Origin: Candidatus Thorarchaeota archaeon
Lineage (GTDB): Archaea; Asgardarchaeota; Thorarchaeia; Thorarchaeales; Thorarchaeaceae
Length of the DNA: 32,516 nucleotides
Direction: 5' to 3'
NCBI GenBank assembly: GCA_016839605.1
Contig: JAEOTX010000241.1
Coordinates: 1 to 32,516 of the forward strand
A program made the translations under genes and the position numbers. Shown here piece by piece: positions 1 to 7,941 of the stretch. A model generated the notes under the pieces. That model did no database searches and was not told the DNA's origin. It saw only the letters and a program-made list of their open reading frames with translations. The first letter of the stretch is position 1. Each line of letters starts with the position of its first letter.

Positions 1-22
1 ATCTTTTGATGCATAGTCTTGC

Positions 23-772
23 TCAGACATTAGAGGACAGCACTCCATCGGCCATAATCAGGTGACGTGCGCCTTTCGTTCTCACGATAGCAGTGTCGTG
101 AGTCATTACAATGACTGTTTTTCCGGATTGATGTAGCGATTGCAAGAGATCTCGAACCATTCTTGCACTCTCTGAATCCAAGTTGGCTGTTGGTTCATCA
201 GCCAAGATTATTGGTGGATCATTTGCCATAGCTCTTGCGATGGCAACCCTTTGCTGCTCGCCCGAGCTTAGCTGCCAAGGAAGATGATCAGTCCTTTCTG
301 CAAGTCCCACTCTTTCGAGGAGCTTGAGCGAGTCATTTTGAATTTCCTCTAGGCTCTTGTCTGTCAGTTGCATTGGAAACATGACGTTCTCAAGTGCAGT
401 TAGGGTTGATATCAGATTATAGCTCTGAAAGATGAATCCAGTATTCGAAAGGCGGAAAGTCGCCCGAAATGATTCATCATAATCGCCGATTGGTACATCC
501 ATCACAAAGACTCGGCCCTCAGTAGTGTAATCTATTGCACCAATGATGTTGAGCAATGTTGTCTTTCCAGACCCTGATGCCCCCGTTATCGCAACAAAAT
601 CGCCCATTCCGATTTCTAGCGTGATATTGTTCAAAGCGCTAATCTCGCGTCTTCCCAAGGAGTACGTTCGTGATACGCCCTGAAGACGCACAGCGAAATC
701 GACTCCGTCTCTGCTAACGCTTTCAATAGCATCGTAGGTTTCATCTGCTACCCAGGCATCATCATCCGACAT
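23..772 (-). CDS. ABC transporter ATP-binding protein (LolD/SalX-like)
   Basis: Walker A GASGSGKT, Q-loop FIFQSYNL, signature LSSGEQQR, Walker B IILADEPT, H-loop VMTHD. The permease is not in the window. Confidence 0.93.
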   Translation of the reverse strand: MSDDDAWVADETYDAIESVSRDGVDFAVRLQGVSRTYSLGRREISALNNITLEIGMGDFVAITGASGSGKTTLLNIIGAIDYTTEGRVFVMDVPIGDYDESFRATFRLSNTGFIFQSYNLISTLTALENVMFPMQLTDKSLEEIQNDSLKLLERVGLAERTDHLPWQLSSGEQQRVAIARAMANDPPIILADEPTANLDSESARMVRDLLQSLHQSGKTVIVMTHDTAIVRTKGARHLIMADGVLSSNV

Positions 773-871
773 ATACTGACTCTCTCCTGTGTTATTCTAG
801 TAAGATTTGAGGCCATCGTGACCTCAGCTCAGGTCAGTTCTGATTGAAAGATAAATCTAGAGGTACTTCAA

Positions 872-1690
872 CTACTGTACTAGCAGCCCGAGGGAGATTA
901 TCGAATTACGAGCCCAATCACTTATCACTAGAGGTTTCTCTCTCCCAAAGACTCGAATTGTCTGGAGGATATCAGCGTTCACTAGCCCGCTTACATAGTA
1001 GCTGACGAGGCTCTTGTCAACCGAGAGTGTCCTACTCAGTTCTGCTTGTGTAATTCTACCGTTGGCCACACACTCCTGCAAGATAGAATGGATGGTCGGG
1101 TTTCTAGTGAATGCAGCCAGTCGCAGCACCTGATCCTCAGAAGAATAACCATTAAGAAACAGATGGCGGGCATTGCCGTTTCTAACTGAGATTATCAATC
1201 CTTCATTCTCAAGATTGTTTAGATGATATTGTAGAGCTCCCATGGCACAGCCTATACATCGGTGAAGCTCTCTGAGATGAATGCCAGGATATGTAGAGAT
1301 CTCATCAACAACACGGTCTCGTAGCTTCTCAATACGTTCTTGGTCTCTTCTTTCCAGAGAGATAGTACCTAATGCTAAGATCAATGATCCTGGCATAATT
1401 GAACTGGATAGACTATCAAGAGAAACAATTGAGGTCCCGATGCCAGACAGTATCGAATTCAACCGGAAATCAATCGTTGATGTGTTATGTAGCCACTGCA
1501 CACCAGCTTGAGGGTCCATGGAAGGCAATGCTGAAGAATCGGAAATCTCCTGAGCAATCAGCTGGGAGCTAGTAGAACCAAACCCAGAGAGGACTAGGCC
1601 AGTTAGACTTGTCGCTAGAAGAAGGAATGACAGTCCTACTATGAAGTTCCTAATCCACTTTGAGCCCATTGTCTGTCTTCCGCCTGTCAT
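872..1690 (-). CDS. Membrane-anchored tandem winged-helix transcriptional regulator (COG3398-like)
   Basis: N-terminal hydrophobic segment FIVGLSFLLLATSLTGLVLSGF, followed by two wHTH units (YPGIHLRELHR...ALQYHLNNLENEGLI; ITQAELSRTL...LVSYYVSGLVNADIL). The start may be ATG at 1669. Confidence 0.8.
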   Translation of the reverse strand: MTGGRQTMGSKWIRNFIVGLSFLLLATSLTGLVLSGFGSTSSQLIAQEISDSSALPSMDPQAGVQWLHNTSTIDFRLNSILSGIGTSIVSLDSLSSSIMPGSLILALGTISLERRDQERIEKLRDRVVDEISTYPGIHLRELHRCIGCAMGALQYHLNNLENEGLIISVRNGNARHLFLNGYSSEDQVLRLAAFTRNPTIHSILQECVANGRITQAELSRTLSVDKSLVSYYVSGLVNADILQTIRVFGREKPLVISDWARNSIISLGLLVQ

Positions 1691-1750
1691 TAAGTGTAGT
1701 CTATATCAATTAAGCGATTGGAATGATTAAGGAACGTACTATTTTTCAAT

Positions 1751-2299
1751 TTATCCCCGCGCTGGATAAGTGAGGGTTATCTTAAACCTACAAGCATCGT
1801 CCTTGGCAGACATGCACGTGTCCTCAACTATCAGTAATTTCTCATATCCCATTCTATTGTAATCTGTAAGGTACTCCATGACAGCTTCTATGAAGCCTTG
1901 GAGAAAATAACAAGATGGTTCTTCAGCTTCGTAGCCAGATGCATACGGATTGTCTTGGATTCGAATAACTGCTTCTTCATCTAGGAAGAGCTTGTATAGA
2001 TTCTCAATTTCTACACCACCAAACGGTACAATCAACTTGTTGAGTGCCATCTTTAGAAACTCAACAATTCCCTTGAAGTCCCCTGGAGGCTTTTGATTGC
2101 CTACTTTGAAGTACTCACGCTGCGTTTCCAATCCAGCCAAACGGCCAGCACCATAGTAGAGGTCCTTAACCCGGTCAGGGAACATTACAGCGATGCGATT
2201 GCCCAGCTTATTCCATGTCTTGGCAAAAAAAGCCCTCATCAGGTCTTTCTCTTTGAGTCGGCTTTGCCACCAAGGAATAACACGTTCCCGATTAGACAT
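1751..2299 (-). CDS. V4R-domain protein
   Basis: NPYA...PSCYFLQGFIEA...EDTCMSAKDDACRFKI is the V4R C-terminal Cys pattern. Start reassigned to ATG at 2299 (MSNRER, GGAG upstream), which removes the overlap with the upstream gene. Confidence 0.8.
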   Translation of the reverse strand: MSNRERVIPWWQSRLKEKDLMRAFFAKTWNKLGNRIAVMFPDRVKDLYYGAGRLAGLETQREYFKVGNQKPPGDFKGIVEFLKMALNKLIVPFGGVEIENLYKLFLDEEAVIRIQDNPYASGYEAEEPSCYFLQGFIEAVMEYLTDYNRMGYEKLLIVEDTCMSAKDDACRFKITLTYPARG

Positions 2300-2358
2300 T
2301 GCAGCGTCTCCGAGGGAGGAGGAACGTGATTGCGGGTTAAGTGCTTTGTGATGAATTA

Positions 2359-2832
2359 TTATACAAGACGGACTTTCCAAGTGCAATTGTCGGCGCCAGT
2401 AGCTTTGCATAGCTCTTGGAAGACCTTTGCATCAACGCCTTTGAACTCAAGAATCACCTCGAGAATGCCACTGAACGCTTCGCAATAGCCGAATCCGCGC
2501 ATACCTTCCAGCGTGATATCTTGACACCAAATGCAGTCCTTGTCAGCAACTCTGACTGAGCCTCTTGCAGACTTCATGTCCACATCAGTGGGTTTCCTGT
2601 CGAACAGCAGCCTGTATATACTGTCAATAAGTTTGGCAACATCTTCACGTGTCATCACAGTGTCTTTTGTCTTGGATGCAAGCTCCGTTGTCAAGTACAG
2701 ATTCGATCCCATCTCTTTGCCCATGTCACGCAGTCTTTGATTTGCCTCGTCAATGTTATTGGTTTCAGCGAGGACTTTATCGACCCATTGAGCGTATAGG
2801 CTTACGAATAACGGATTTTCTATCTTTGGCAT
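2359..2832 (-). CDS. Bet3/TRAPP-family protein with V4R-type Cys motif (copy 1)
   Basis: KIENPLFVSLYAQWVDKVL...IDEANQRLRDMGKEMGSNL resembles the Bet3-family N-terminal helices. C-terminal CIWC...YCEAFSGIL...ELCKATGADNCTW. Confidence 0.75.
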   Translation of the reverse strand: MPKIENPLFVSLYAQWVDKVLAETNNIDEANQRLRDMGKEMGSNLYLTTELASKTKDTVMTREDVAKLIDSIYRLLFDRKPTDVDMKSARGSVRVADKDCIWCQDITLEGMRGFGYCEAFSGILEVILEFKGVDAKVFQELCKATGADNCTWKVRLV

Positions 2833-2857
2833 TTGGTGTGGACCTCTTTCTAGTTTT

Positions 2858-3844
2858 CTAGACAGTCTTGCCGATCATCTTGATACCATGCTTCTTGTTG
2901 CGGGCAATTATTTGGATTACTTGCGATTTTTGAACGCCTGCTGTTTCTGCAATCTCCTCGGTGGTCTTCTTGCCGTCGCAGAGCCTCAATATCTCTATGT
3001 CCTTACCCTTAATCTTAGAGAGGTCTCCTATAAATTTCGGACACTTCACAAATCGACCCATTGTAGGTTCAGAATCAGCCTTTTCATCACACAAAGGAGC
3101 TTCAACTATGCCCTTTGAAGCTGCCCACTTGATAAGATCCACAACTCTCTCGTTTGGCTGAAACATCGAATCAGCAATTTGTGCAACTGAAAGTGCACCA
3201 TCTACAAGCATCAAGACATCAAAGCCAAAATTGCGATGCGTTTGCTTCATTTCATTATGCAAATCAGAGTCAAGACTAAGAGCAGTTCCATAATCCGGCC
3301 CTCGTTTCGGGACTGTTGAGGGCTGCACGTTGAATGCCTCTGGAAGCCGAACCACTTCTTCTTGAACAGGACCAGGCTCAGGTTCAGCAGGAGCGAAAGG
3401 AGCTTCGCCCGTAGGCTCTATTGGAGTCACCACAGGTGATGTCGATGCCGCCTGCATTGCTATGCTCTCAAGTACCTTGAGGTTAGATTCGGCTGATTCC
3501 TCAAACTCCTCTGGGGGCGGTGGAAGCTCAATCCCGTCTAACAATCTCATAACGTTCTTAGTCTTGGCAATGGCAAGACCAAGTTGTAGCTCCGTGACAT
3601 AAAGAACAGTAAGAATCCAGTTCATATCAACAGGAGAGAGAACTACAAGACCTCGGTCAGTGTCAATTGTCATGAGGCGCAGATCTGTCTTGTATAGATT
3701 GATGCTATCCCTAACTCGAGGAAAGAGCTCGGCCGGAAATGAGAAGCTCACAAATGGCCGTCCGGCTTTCGTCATCAGGGAATAGCCGAGCACCTGTTCA
3801 TCGAATCTCAGTTTCGAGAGGGCTCGTTCCAAGTCGCTGCTCAT
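2858..3844 (-). CDS. Roadblock/LC7-like domain + Pro-rich linker + two winged-helix domains (copy 1)
   Basis: N-terminal alpha-beta-beta-alpha-beta-beta-beta-alpha pattern (LERALSKL..VLGYSLMTKAG..LMTIDTDRGLVVL..WILTVL..LGLAI), then LPPPP and two DG-x-x-[ST]-x-x-x-IA wHTH motifs (LVDGALSVAQIAD; LCDGKKTTEEIAE). GAGGTG RBS upstream. Confidence 0.65.
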   Translation of the reverse strand: MSSDLERALSKLRFDEQVLGYSLMTKAGRPFVSFSFPAELFPRVRDSINLYKTDLRLMTIDTDRGLVVLSPVDMNWILTVLYVTELQLGLAIAKTKNVMRLLDGIELPPPPEEFEESAESNLKVLESIAMQAASTSPVVTPIEPTGEAPFAPAEPEPGPVQEEVVRLPEAFNVQPSTVPKRGPDYGTALSLDSDLHNEMKQTHRNFGFDVLMLVDGALSVAQIADSMFQPNERVVDLIKWAASKGIVEAPLCDEKADSEPTMGRFVKCPKFIGDLSKIKGKDIEILRLCDGKKTTEEIAETAGVQKSQVIQIIARNKKHGIKMIGKTV

Positions 3845-4068
3845 AATTGCACCTCTATGTCGCTCTAGACCAATCTAGACTGCCTGTGCTTGGTTTCAAT
3901 TGGAGGTGGTCTGAAAAGCATTGTGGTTTCGTGAAGGGTTTTTTCCTAGATGTGCCGATGAGTTGCCCAATACTTGCGGCTAGCAGTTCGAATACTTGAC
4001 CCTGGGAAACCGTTAAGAGTCCTATCTGTACGCCAGAGCAAGACTCAAGGATTTGAAGAGGACACATC

Positions 4069-4650
4069 ATGAGAAATACGCTGGGTGGCTTGGTAGCAAC
4101 TCTCATAGGTTCATGGTTAATGGTCTTCATATTGAACCAGAGCCAGCCAGCCTATCCACAGGAAGTGGCCAGCATATGGGTGCTTCTTGCAGGCAGCTAT
4201 AGCTTGAGTCAGAGCTATGTAGCATTGTTCAATCCACTCACAGTTGGATCGTACATGCTAGTCTGGCTAATCGTGGGTCTTGTCATAGCACCGTTCTCAA
4301 AGTCTGGATGGAATGCGGTGAGAACAGCAGTCTGGACGGGTGTATGGGTCAGTATATGGGCACTGACCTCAACTCTTCTCTTGAATCCCGCCTTTTGGAT
4401 TGATGCTAATCGAAATTGGAGCTTACTATTGTTGTTCACATCTACGATAGTAACTGCCAATATTGCCCTCTTGTCAGCCTATCCCACTACCAGGATCATT
4501 AGAATGACTCATCGTGAAGGAGAACTTCCAATACCAGAAAAGATAGAAACTATCTGCGAATGTGGAGCCGTGTTCAAATCAAAACCCATGTTGTGCTCTG
4601 AATGCGGTAAAGTGTTTTCCGAAGAATATGCAGTTACTGAAGAATCCTAG
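4069..4650 (+). CDS. Multi-pass membrane protein with C-terminal zinc ribbon
   Basis: About 4 hydrophobic segments, followed by CECG...CSECG. GAGGA RBS upstream. Confidence 0.75.
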   Translation: MRNTLGGLVATLIGSWLMVFILNQSQPAYPQEVASIWVLLAGSYSLSQSYVALFNPLTVGSYMLVWLIVGLVIAPFSKSGWNAVRTAVWTGVWVSIWALTSTLLLNPAFWIDANRNWSLLLLFTSTIVTANIALLSAYPTTRIIRMTHREGELPIPEKIETICECGAVFKSKPMLCSECGKVFSEEYAVTEES

Positions 4651-5165
4651 TCACGCTCTCTAGTTATGCCACCACCAAGGATACCACCCACTACAGCAGC
4701 GATTGCAGGGTAAATTGATCCATAAAGCACTGCTTCTAGGATGTACATCGAGGCGCCTCCGAACAGAGCCAAAAAGTCATCTGTCTGAAGTACGAAGACA
4801 AGTATCCATGTCAGAAACGCGCCAGCAACTACAGCGAACAGAGCTGCAAGGATTCCAGAGAGAATGTCGCGAGCAAAGAGACCTGCTATAAGACCGCCGG
4901 TTCCCCATGCTAAGGCCATCAAAACTGTGCCGCCTTGAGCGCCAGTCGATAGAATTGCGCCGAGACCTTCGTATCCAACGAGAGGGGGATAGAGAACAGT
5001 ACCAACGACTGCAAGTCGCATCTCTAAATCAGTGTGAGACAGAAAATCAGCCACAATTGTTGATGAGATGAGATCTTCAGGCATGACTCCTCCGAAGGTC
5101 AGAATGACAAAGGCGATTGCGAAAGCAGTGATTAGACCTGTAAACGTGCCGAGAAGTTGACCCAA
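4647..5165 (-). CDS. Gly-rich multi-pass membrane protein
   Basis: 4-5 hydrophobic Gly/Ala-rich helices. TTG start with GGAGG RBS. Its stop codon overlaps that of the convergent gene. Confidence 0.75.
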   Translation of the reverse strand: MGQLLGTFTGLITAFAIAFVILTFGGVMPEDLISSTIVADFLSHTDLEMRLAVVGTVLYPPLVGYEGLGAILSTGAQGGTVLMALAWGTGGLIAGLFARDILSGILAALFAVVAGAFLTWILVFVLQTDDFLALFGGASMYILEAVLYGSIYPAIAAVVGGILGGGITRERD

Positions 5166-5209
5166 GCGCGGTCCTCCGTTATGTCTACTATGCTCTTCTC
5201 GCTGTGTGC

Positions 5210-5219
5210 TTTTATATAC
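5210..5219 (-). promoter_or_regulatory. Putative TATA box for the 4647..5165 gene
   Basis: Minus strand reads GTATATAAAA about 45 nt upstream of the start, with the GGAGG RBS in between. Confidence 0.45.
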
Positions 5220-5261
5220 ATATGCGCGACGGTCGAGAAAACTGCCTATCTCTATATCACA

Positions 5262-5786
5262 CTAGTAATTCTGAGTGGTATCCGGATATTTCCGTAGTGT
5301 CCATGTGCAGGCATCATCGCCGAGAGCCTTGCAGGATTCCTGAAAACTATCAGCCTTGAACCCTCTGAGCTCCATTACTGCATCAAAGACACCACTGACA
5401 ATATTGCAGTATTGCAGGCCAGGCATGTCGGTGATTTCAACGCCAGCGCATATCGGACAATCGGCATCAGTGAATTTAATCGTCTGCCTGTCATCACTGA
5501 CTGTTATCTGCGTGAATTGCTGACCGGAATTGACCTTGTAGGCCAGACCCAGTGTGTTGGCGAACTCGTGAAACTCACCAGCATGGTCGCGGATTCTGTC
5601 AGCATAATCCATGAGTAAGGTCGCGCCGACCTTGAATCCAATCTGTTTCATCTTGCGATTGATGTCTTCGACACTCTCGCTTCCTGCCATGAGTAAATTC
5701 ATCATCTCTCTGTAACTCGCTTGGAATAGAACCTTGGAGACCTTATCGGTCATGAATGACCAAGCAATCTTGCCTTTTATTCCCAT
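5262..5786 (-). CDS. Bet3/TRAPPC3-like protein with V4R-type Cys motif (copy 2)
   Basis: KVSKVLFQASY..MMNLL....SVEDINRKMKQIGFKVGATLLMDY aligns by eye with the TRAPPC3 pattern KMSSELFTLTY..LVTQL....NDEDVNKQLDKMGFNIGVRLIEDF. CPICAGVEITD..GLQYCNIVSGVF matches NPLVDFVELPD..SLIYSNLLCGVL (TRAPPC3 recalled from memory). Confidence 0.82.
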   Translation of the reverse strand: MGIKGKIAWSFMTDKVSKVLFQASYREMMNLLMAGSESVEDINRKMKQIGFKVGATLLMDYADRIRDHAGEFHEFANTLGLAYKVNSGQQFTQITVSDDRQTIKFTDADCPICAGVEITDMPGLQYCNIVSGVFDAVMELRGFKADSFQESCKALGDDACTWTLRKYPDTTQNY

Positions 5787-5792
5787 TATAAT

Positions 5793-6788
5793 TTACACCT
5801 CTGGTTTAGTATCCGCCGTCTTGGTTTTCCGTATAAATCGGAGCGTCTTGCCTCGATAGGGAAGTATGCTCTGCAATGCCTGAAAATAAGGAATACTCAA
5901 TTCCTTGGCAATATCCTGGAGTGGACGATTGCCATTACACAGGGATAGCAGATCTCGATGTTCTTTCTTTGCTTTCTTCAGTTCACCCTCAAAAATTGGC
6001 AGCTCAATAATCTCGACAGCTCCAGTCTCCTGCGCCTCAGGACATTCAACTCGAACAATGTTCATTGGAACACACCAGCGAACTACATTGAGCGCTTCTT
6101 CGACTCCGCGTCCAAGACTCTCAGCTATCTTGAAGATGGTGCGTTTTTCATCAACCATCAGCAAGATATCGATGCCGAGGTTAGCAAATCGTTCCTTAAT
6201 CTGCTTGTTGAGACCGGATTCAAGAGTCATCGTGTCATTATAGTTGTCTGAGCGAAAGACCACACAACCATGTCTTATCTCCACTTTTGGTGGTTCTACT
6301 ACTTCGGGCTCGACTTCAGCTTCTGGTTCCGGTTCTGGTTCAGGCGTAGGAGGCTCAAGAACATTCTCTGAAGCAATAGTTTCAGGAGGCGCCTCGACAT
6401 GAACAGGCGGAGGCGGCTCTGGTTCTGAAACAGGAGAAGGGGGCGGAGGTAGGTTAACGCTGTCCATTAATTTGATTACTTCTGCTGCCTTCTGGAGTGC
6501 CACTCCGAGTTGCAGATCAGGTGAAAAGAGAACCGCAAGCACCCAATTCTCGTCTACCCTAGATAGGACCACTGTGCCTTCACCAGTCATGACATTCATC
6601 ATCTTCAGAGAGCCTGCATGAATGCGAAGGACACCTTGTATTTGTGGTAGAACCTCATCAGGTAGAGAGAATGAGAGAAATGGTTGTCCATCGTTCGTAA
6701 TAAGAGCGTATCCACTAACAGTATCATCAAACTTTAGTTTGGTCAAAACACGCTCTAATTCCAAGAAGACGTACACCTGTTTTTCCAT
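5793..6788 (-). CDS. Roadblock/LC7-like domain + Pro/Glu-rich linker + two winged-helix domains (copy 2; paralog of 2858..3844)
   Basis: LERVLTKLKFDDTVSGYALITNDGQPFLSFS vs LERALSKLRFDEQVLGYSLMTKAGRPFVSFS. Also LPPPP, a PEPEPEPE linker, MVDEKRTIFKIAE and LCNGNRPLQDIAK. The start is ATG 6788 or TTG 6764 (AGGTG RBS), not 6845. Confidence 0.68.
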   Translation of the reverse strand: MEKQVYVFLELERVLTKLKFDDTVSGYALITNDGQPFLSFSLPDEVLPQIQGVLRIHAGSLKMMNVMTGEGTVVLSRVDENWVLAVLFSPDLQLGVALQKAAEVIKLMDSVNLPPPPSPVSEPEPPPPVHVEAPPETIASENVLEPPTPEPEPEPEAEVEPEVVEPPKVEIRHGCVVFRSDNYNDTMTLESGLNKQIKERFANLGIDILLMVDEKRTIFKIAESLGRGVEEALNVVRWCVPMNIVRVECPEAQETGAVEIIELPIFEGELKKAKKEHRDLLSLCNGNRPLQDIAKELSIPYFQALQSILPYRGKTLRFIRKTKTADTKPEV

Positions 6789-6807
6789 TTGTGGTTGTCC
6801 GGTTGTG

Positions 6808-7923
6808 TCAAAATCGGCTAACAAGTCTTTCGCCGAGGGACTCAAAGGAAGGATGAGAACGGAGGAATGAGATTATCTCCTCGGGAGAGGGGTGAGAAGC
6901 ATCCACTGAGGCAACATATAGTGATGCAACAGCATTTGCAAGAACCAGTCGATCGCTCTCTGAGAGTTTCCGAAGCGTTCCATAGATAGATCCCGCATTC
7001 CATGCATCTCCAGCGCCGCATGCAACCCTATTCACTGTATCAAAAGCAGGAACCAGAGTGATACTGTCCTCAGAAATGGATGCGGCGAAATGTGGAGTAT
7101 GCAGGTCAATCTTCGTTCCAGTTTCAGTAGACACTAGCTGTGCAGCAGACAACCATTCCTCTGGATCTGCAGAGAGCTGCTTCCAACGGCGGTTTTTTCC
7201 ACTGACAGCCCATGCAAACCAGCGAGCTTCATTCTCATTCAGACTTACAATGTCTACCAAGCCCTCTGCTAAGACGTTCCTAGCTAGCGGCTCGACTATC
7301 TCCAAATGGCCTGAAGGGTCTCCAATATCCATGAATCTGAGCGCTTTGGAAGATGCTCCAATCATCTCAAAGAGGTCTTGTGCAAGTTGAGGGGCATCAG
7401 GATTGTGATTCAAGTTGAGCAAAGCCACAAGATTACTCTCTTGGATTGCTGACAGATCCGCCTCTGTAAGGTCTGAGAAGGAGAACTCTGCTGCTGAGCC
7501 ACTATCACTCACCATGAGGTTGACGCGTCTGCCCTCGTGTTCGAGCTCGATTGATACAGTAGAAGATAATCTGCCATCCGTGTGAACATGACTGAGATCA
7601 AGGTCAGGACTTACGAGTGTTGGAAGTATCTTTGAACCATAATCATCCGTGGTGATAATGAGTACAGGATCAAGGCCTAATGTGAGGAGTGCTGAGGCTG
7701 TGTTTACAGAGTTACCTCCTCGACGTAAGAATTGCTTGTTGCCAAGGAGATTCCCTCCACCTTGCTTTGCTAGTCTAGTTAGACCATCGATGAATTCATC
7801 GAAGCTTCCTGCTATTACAAAATGGTCAACATAGAAATCAGGTAGAATTACCGGTCGTCCTACATCAACTGGATTCTCAAGAGCTTTGATGAGCCGGGCA
7901 TAATCCAGCTCCATCGCCTCCAT
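6808..7923 (-). CDS. PfkB/ribokinase-family carbohydrate kinase
   Basis: GGNSVNTA N-terminal motif, NENE, anion-hole motif CGAGDAWNAG. Confidence 0.88.
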   Translation of the reverse strand: MEAMELDYARLIKALENPVDVGRPVILPDFYVDHFVIAGSFDEFIDGLTRLAKQGGGNLLGNKQFLRRGGNSVNTASALLTLGLDPVLIITTDDYGSKILPTLVSPDLDLSHVHTDGRLSSTVSIELEHEGRRVNLMVSDSGSAAEFSFSDLTEADLSAIQESNLVALLNLNHNPDAPQLAQDLFEMIGASSKALRFMDIGDPSGHLEIVEPLARNVLAEGLVDIVSLNENEARWFAWAVSGKNRRWKQLSADPEEWLSAAQLVSTETGTKIDLHTPHFAASISEDSITLVPAFDTVNRVACGAGDAWNAGSIYGTLRKLSESDRLVLANAVASLYVASVDASHPSPEEIISFLRSHPSFESLGERLVSRF

Positions 7924-7941
7924 TAGAGTACTGATCCAACA

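Noticed and set aside
2300-2410. Long N-terminal extensions in the ORF track (also 6789..6845, 25538..25585, 31084..31122, 31376..31471)
   Set aside because: They overlap neighbouring genes or regulatory DNA, and downstream starts have better RBS and family-consistent N-termini.
3864-3880. TCTAGAC direct repeat with 10-bp period upstream of 3844
   Set aside because: Could be an operator, but no matching copy was seen upstream of the paralogous module and it is short enough to be chance.
3855-4130. 91-aa ORF upstream of Roadblock copy 1
   Set aside because: It overlaps the divergent membrane gene, has no recognisable features, and is probably promoter space.
6310-6430. Short ggttc(t/c/a) repeats
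   Set aside because: They simply encode the PEPEPE linker; not a CRISPR or mobile repeat.
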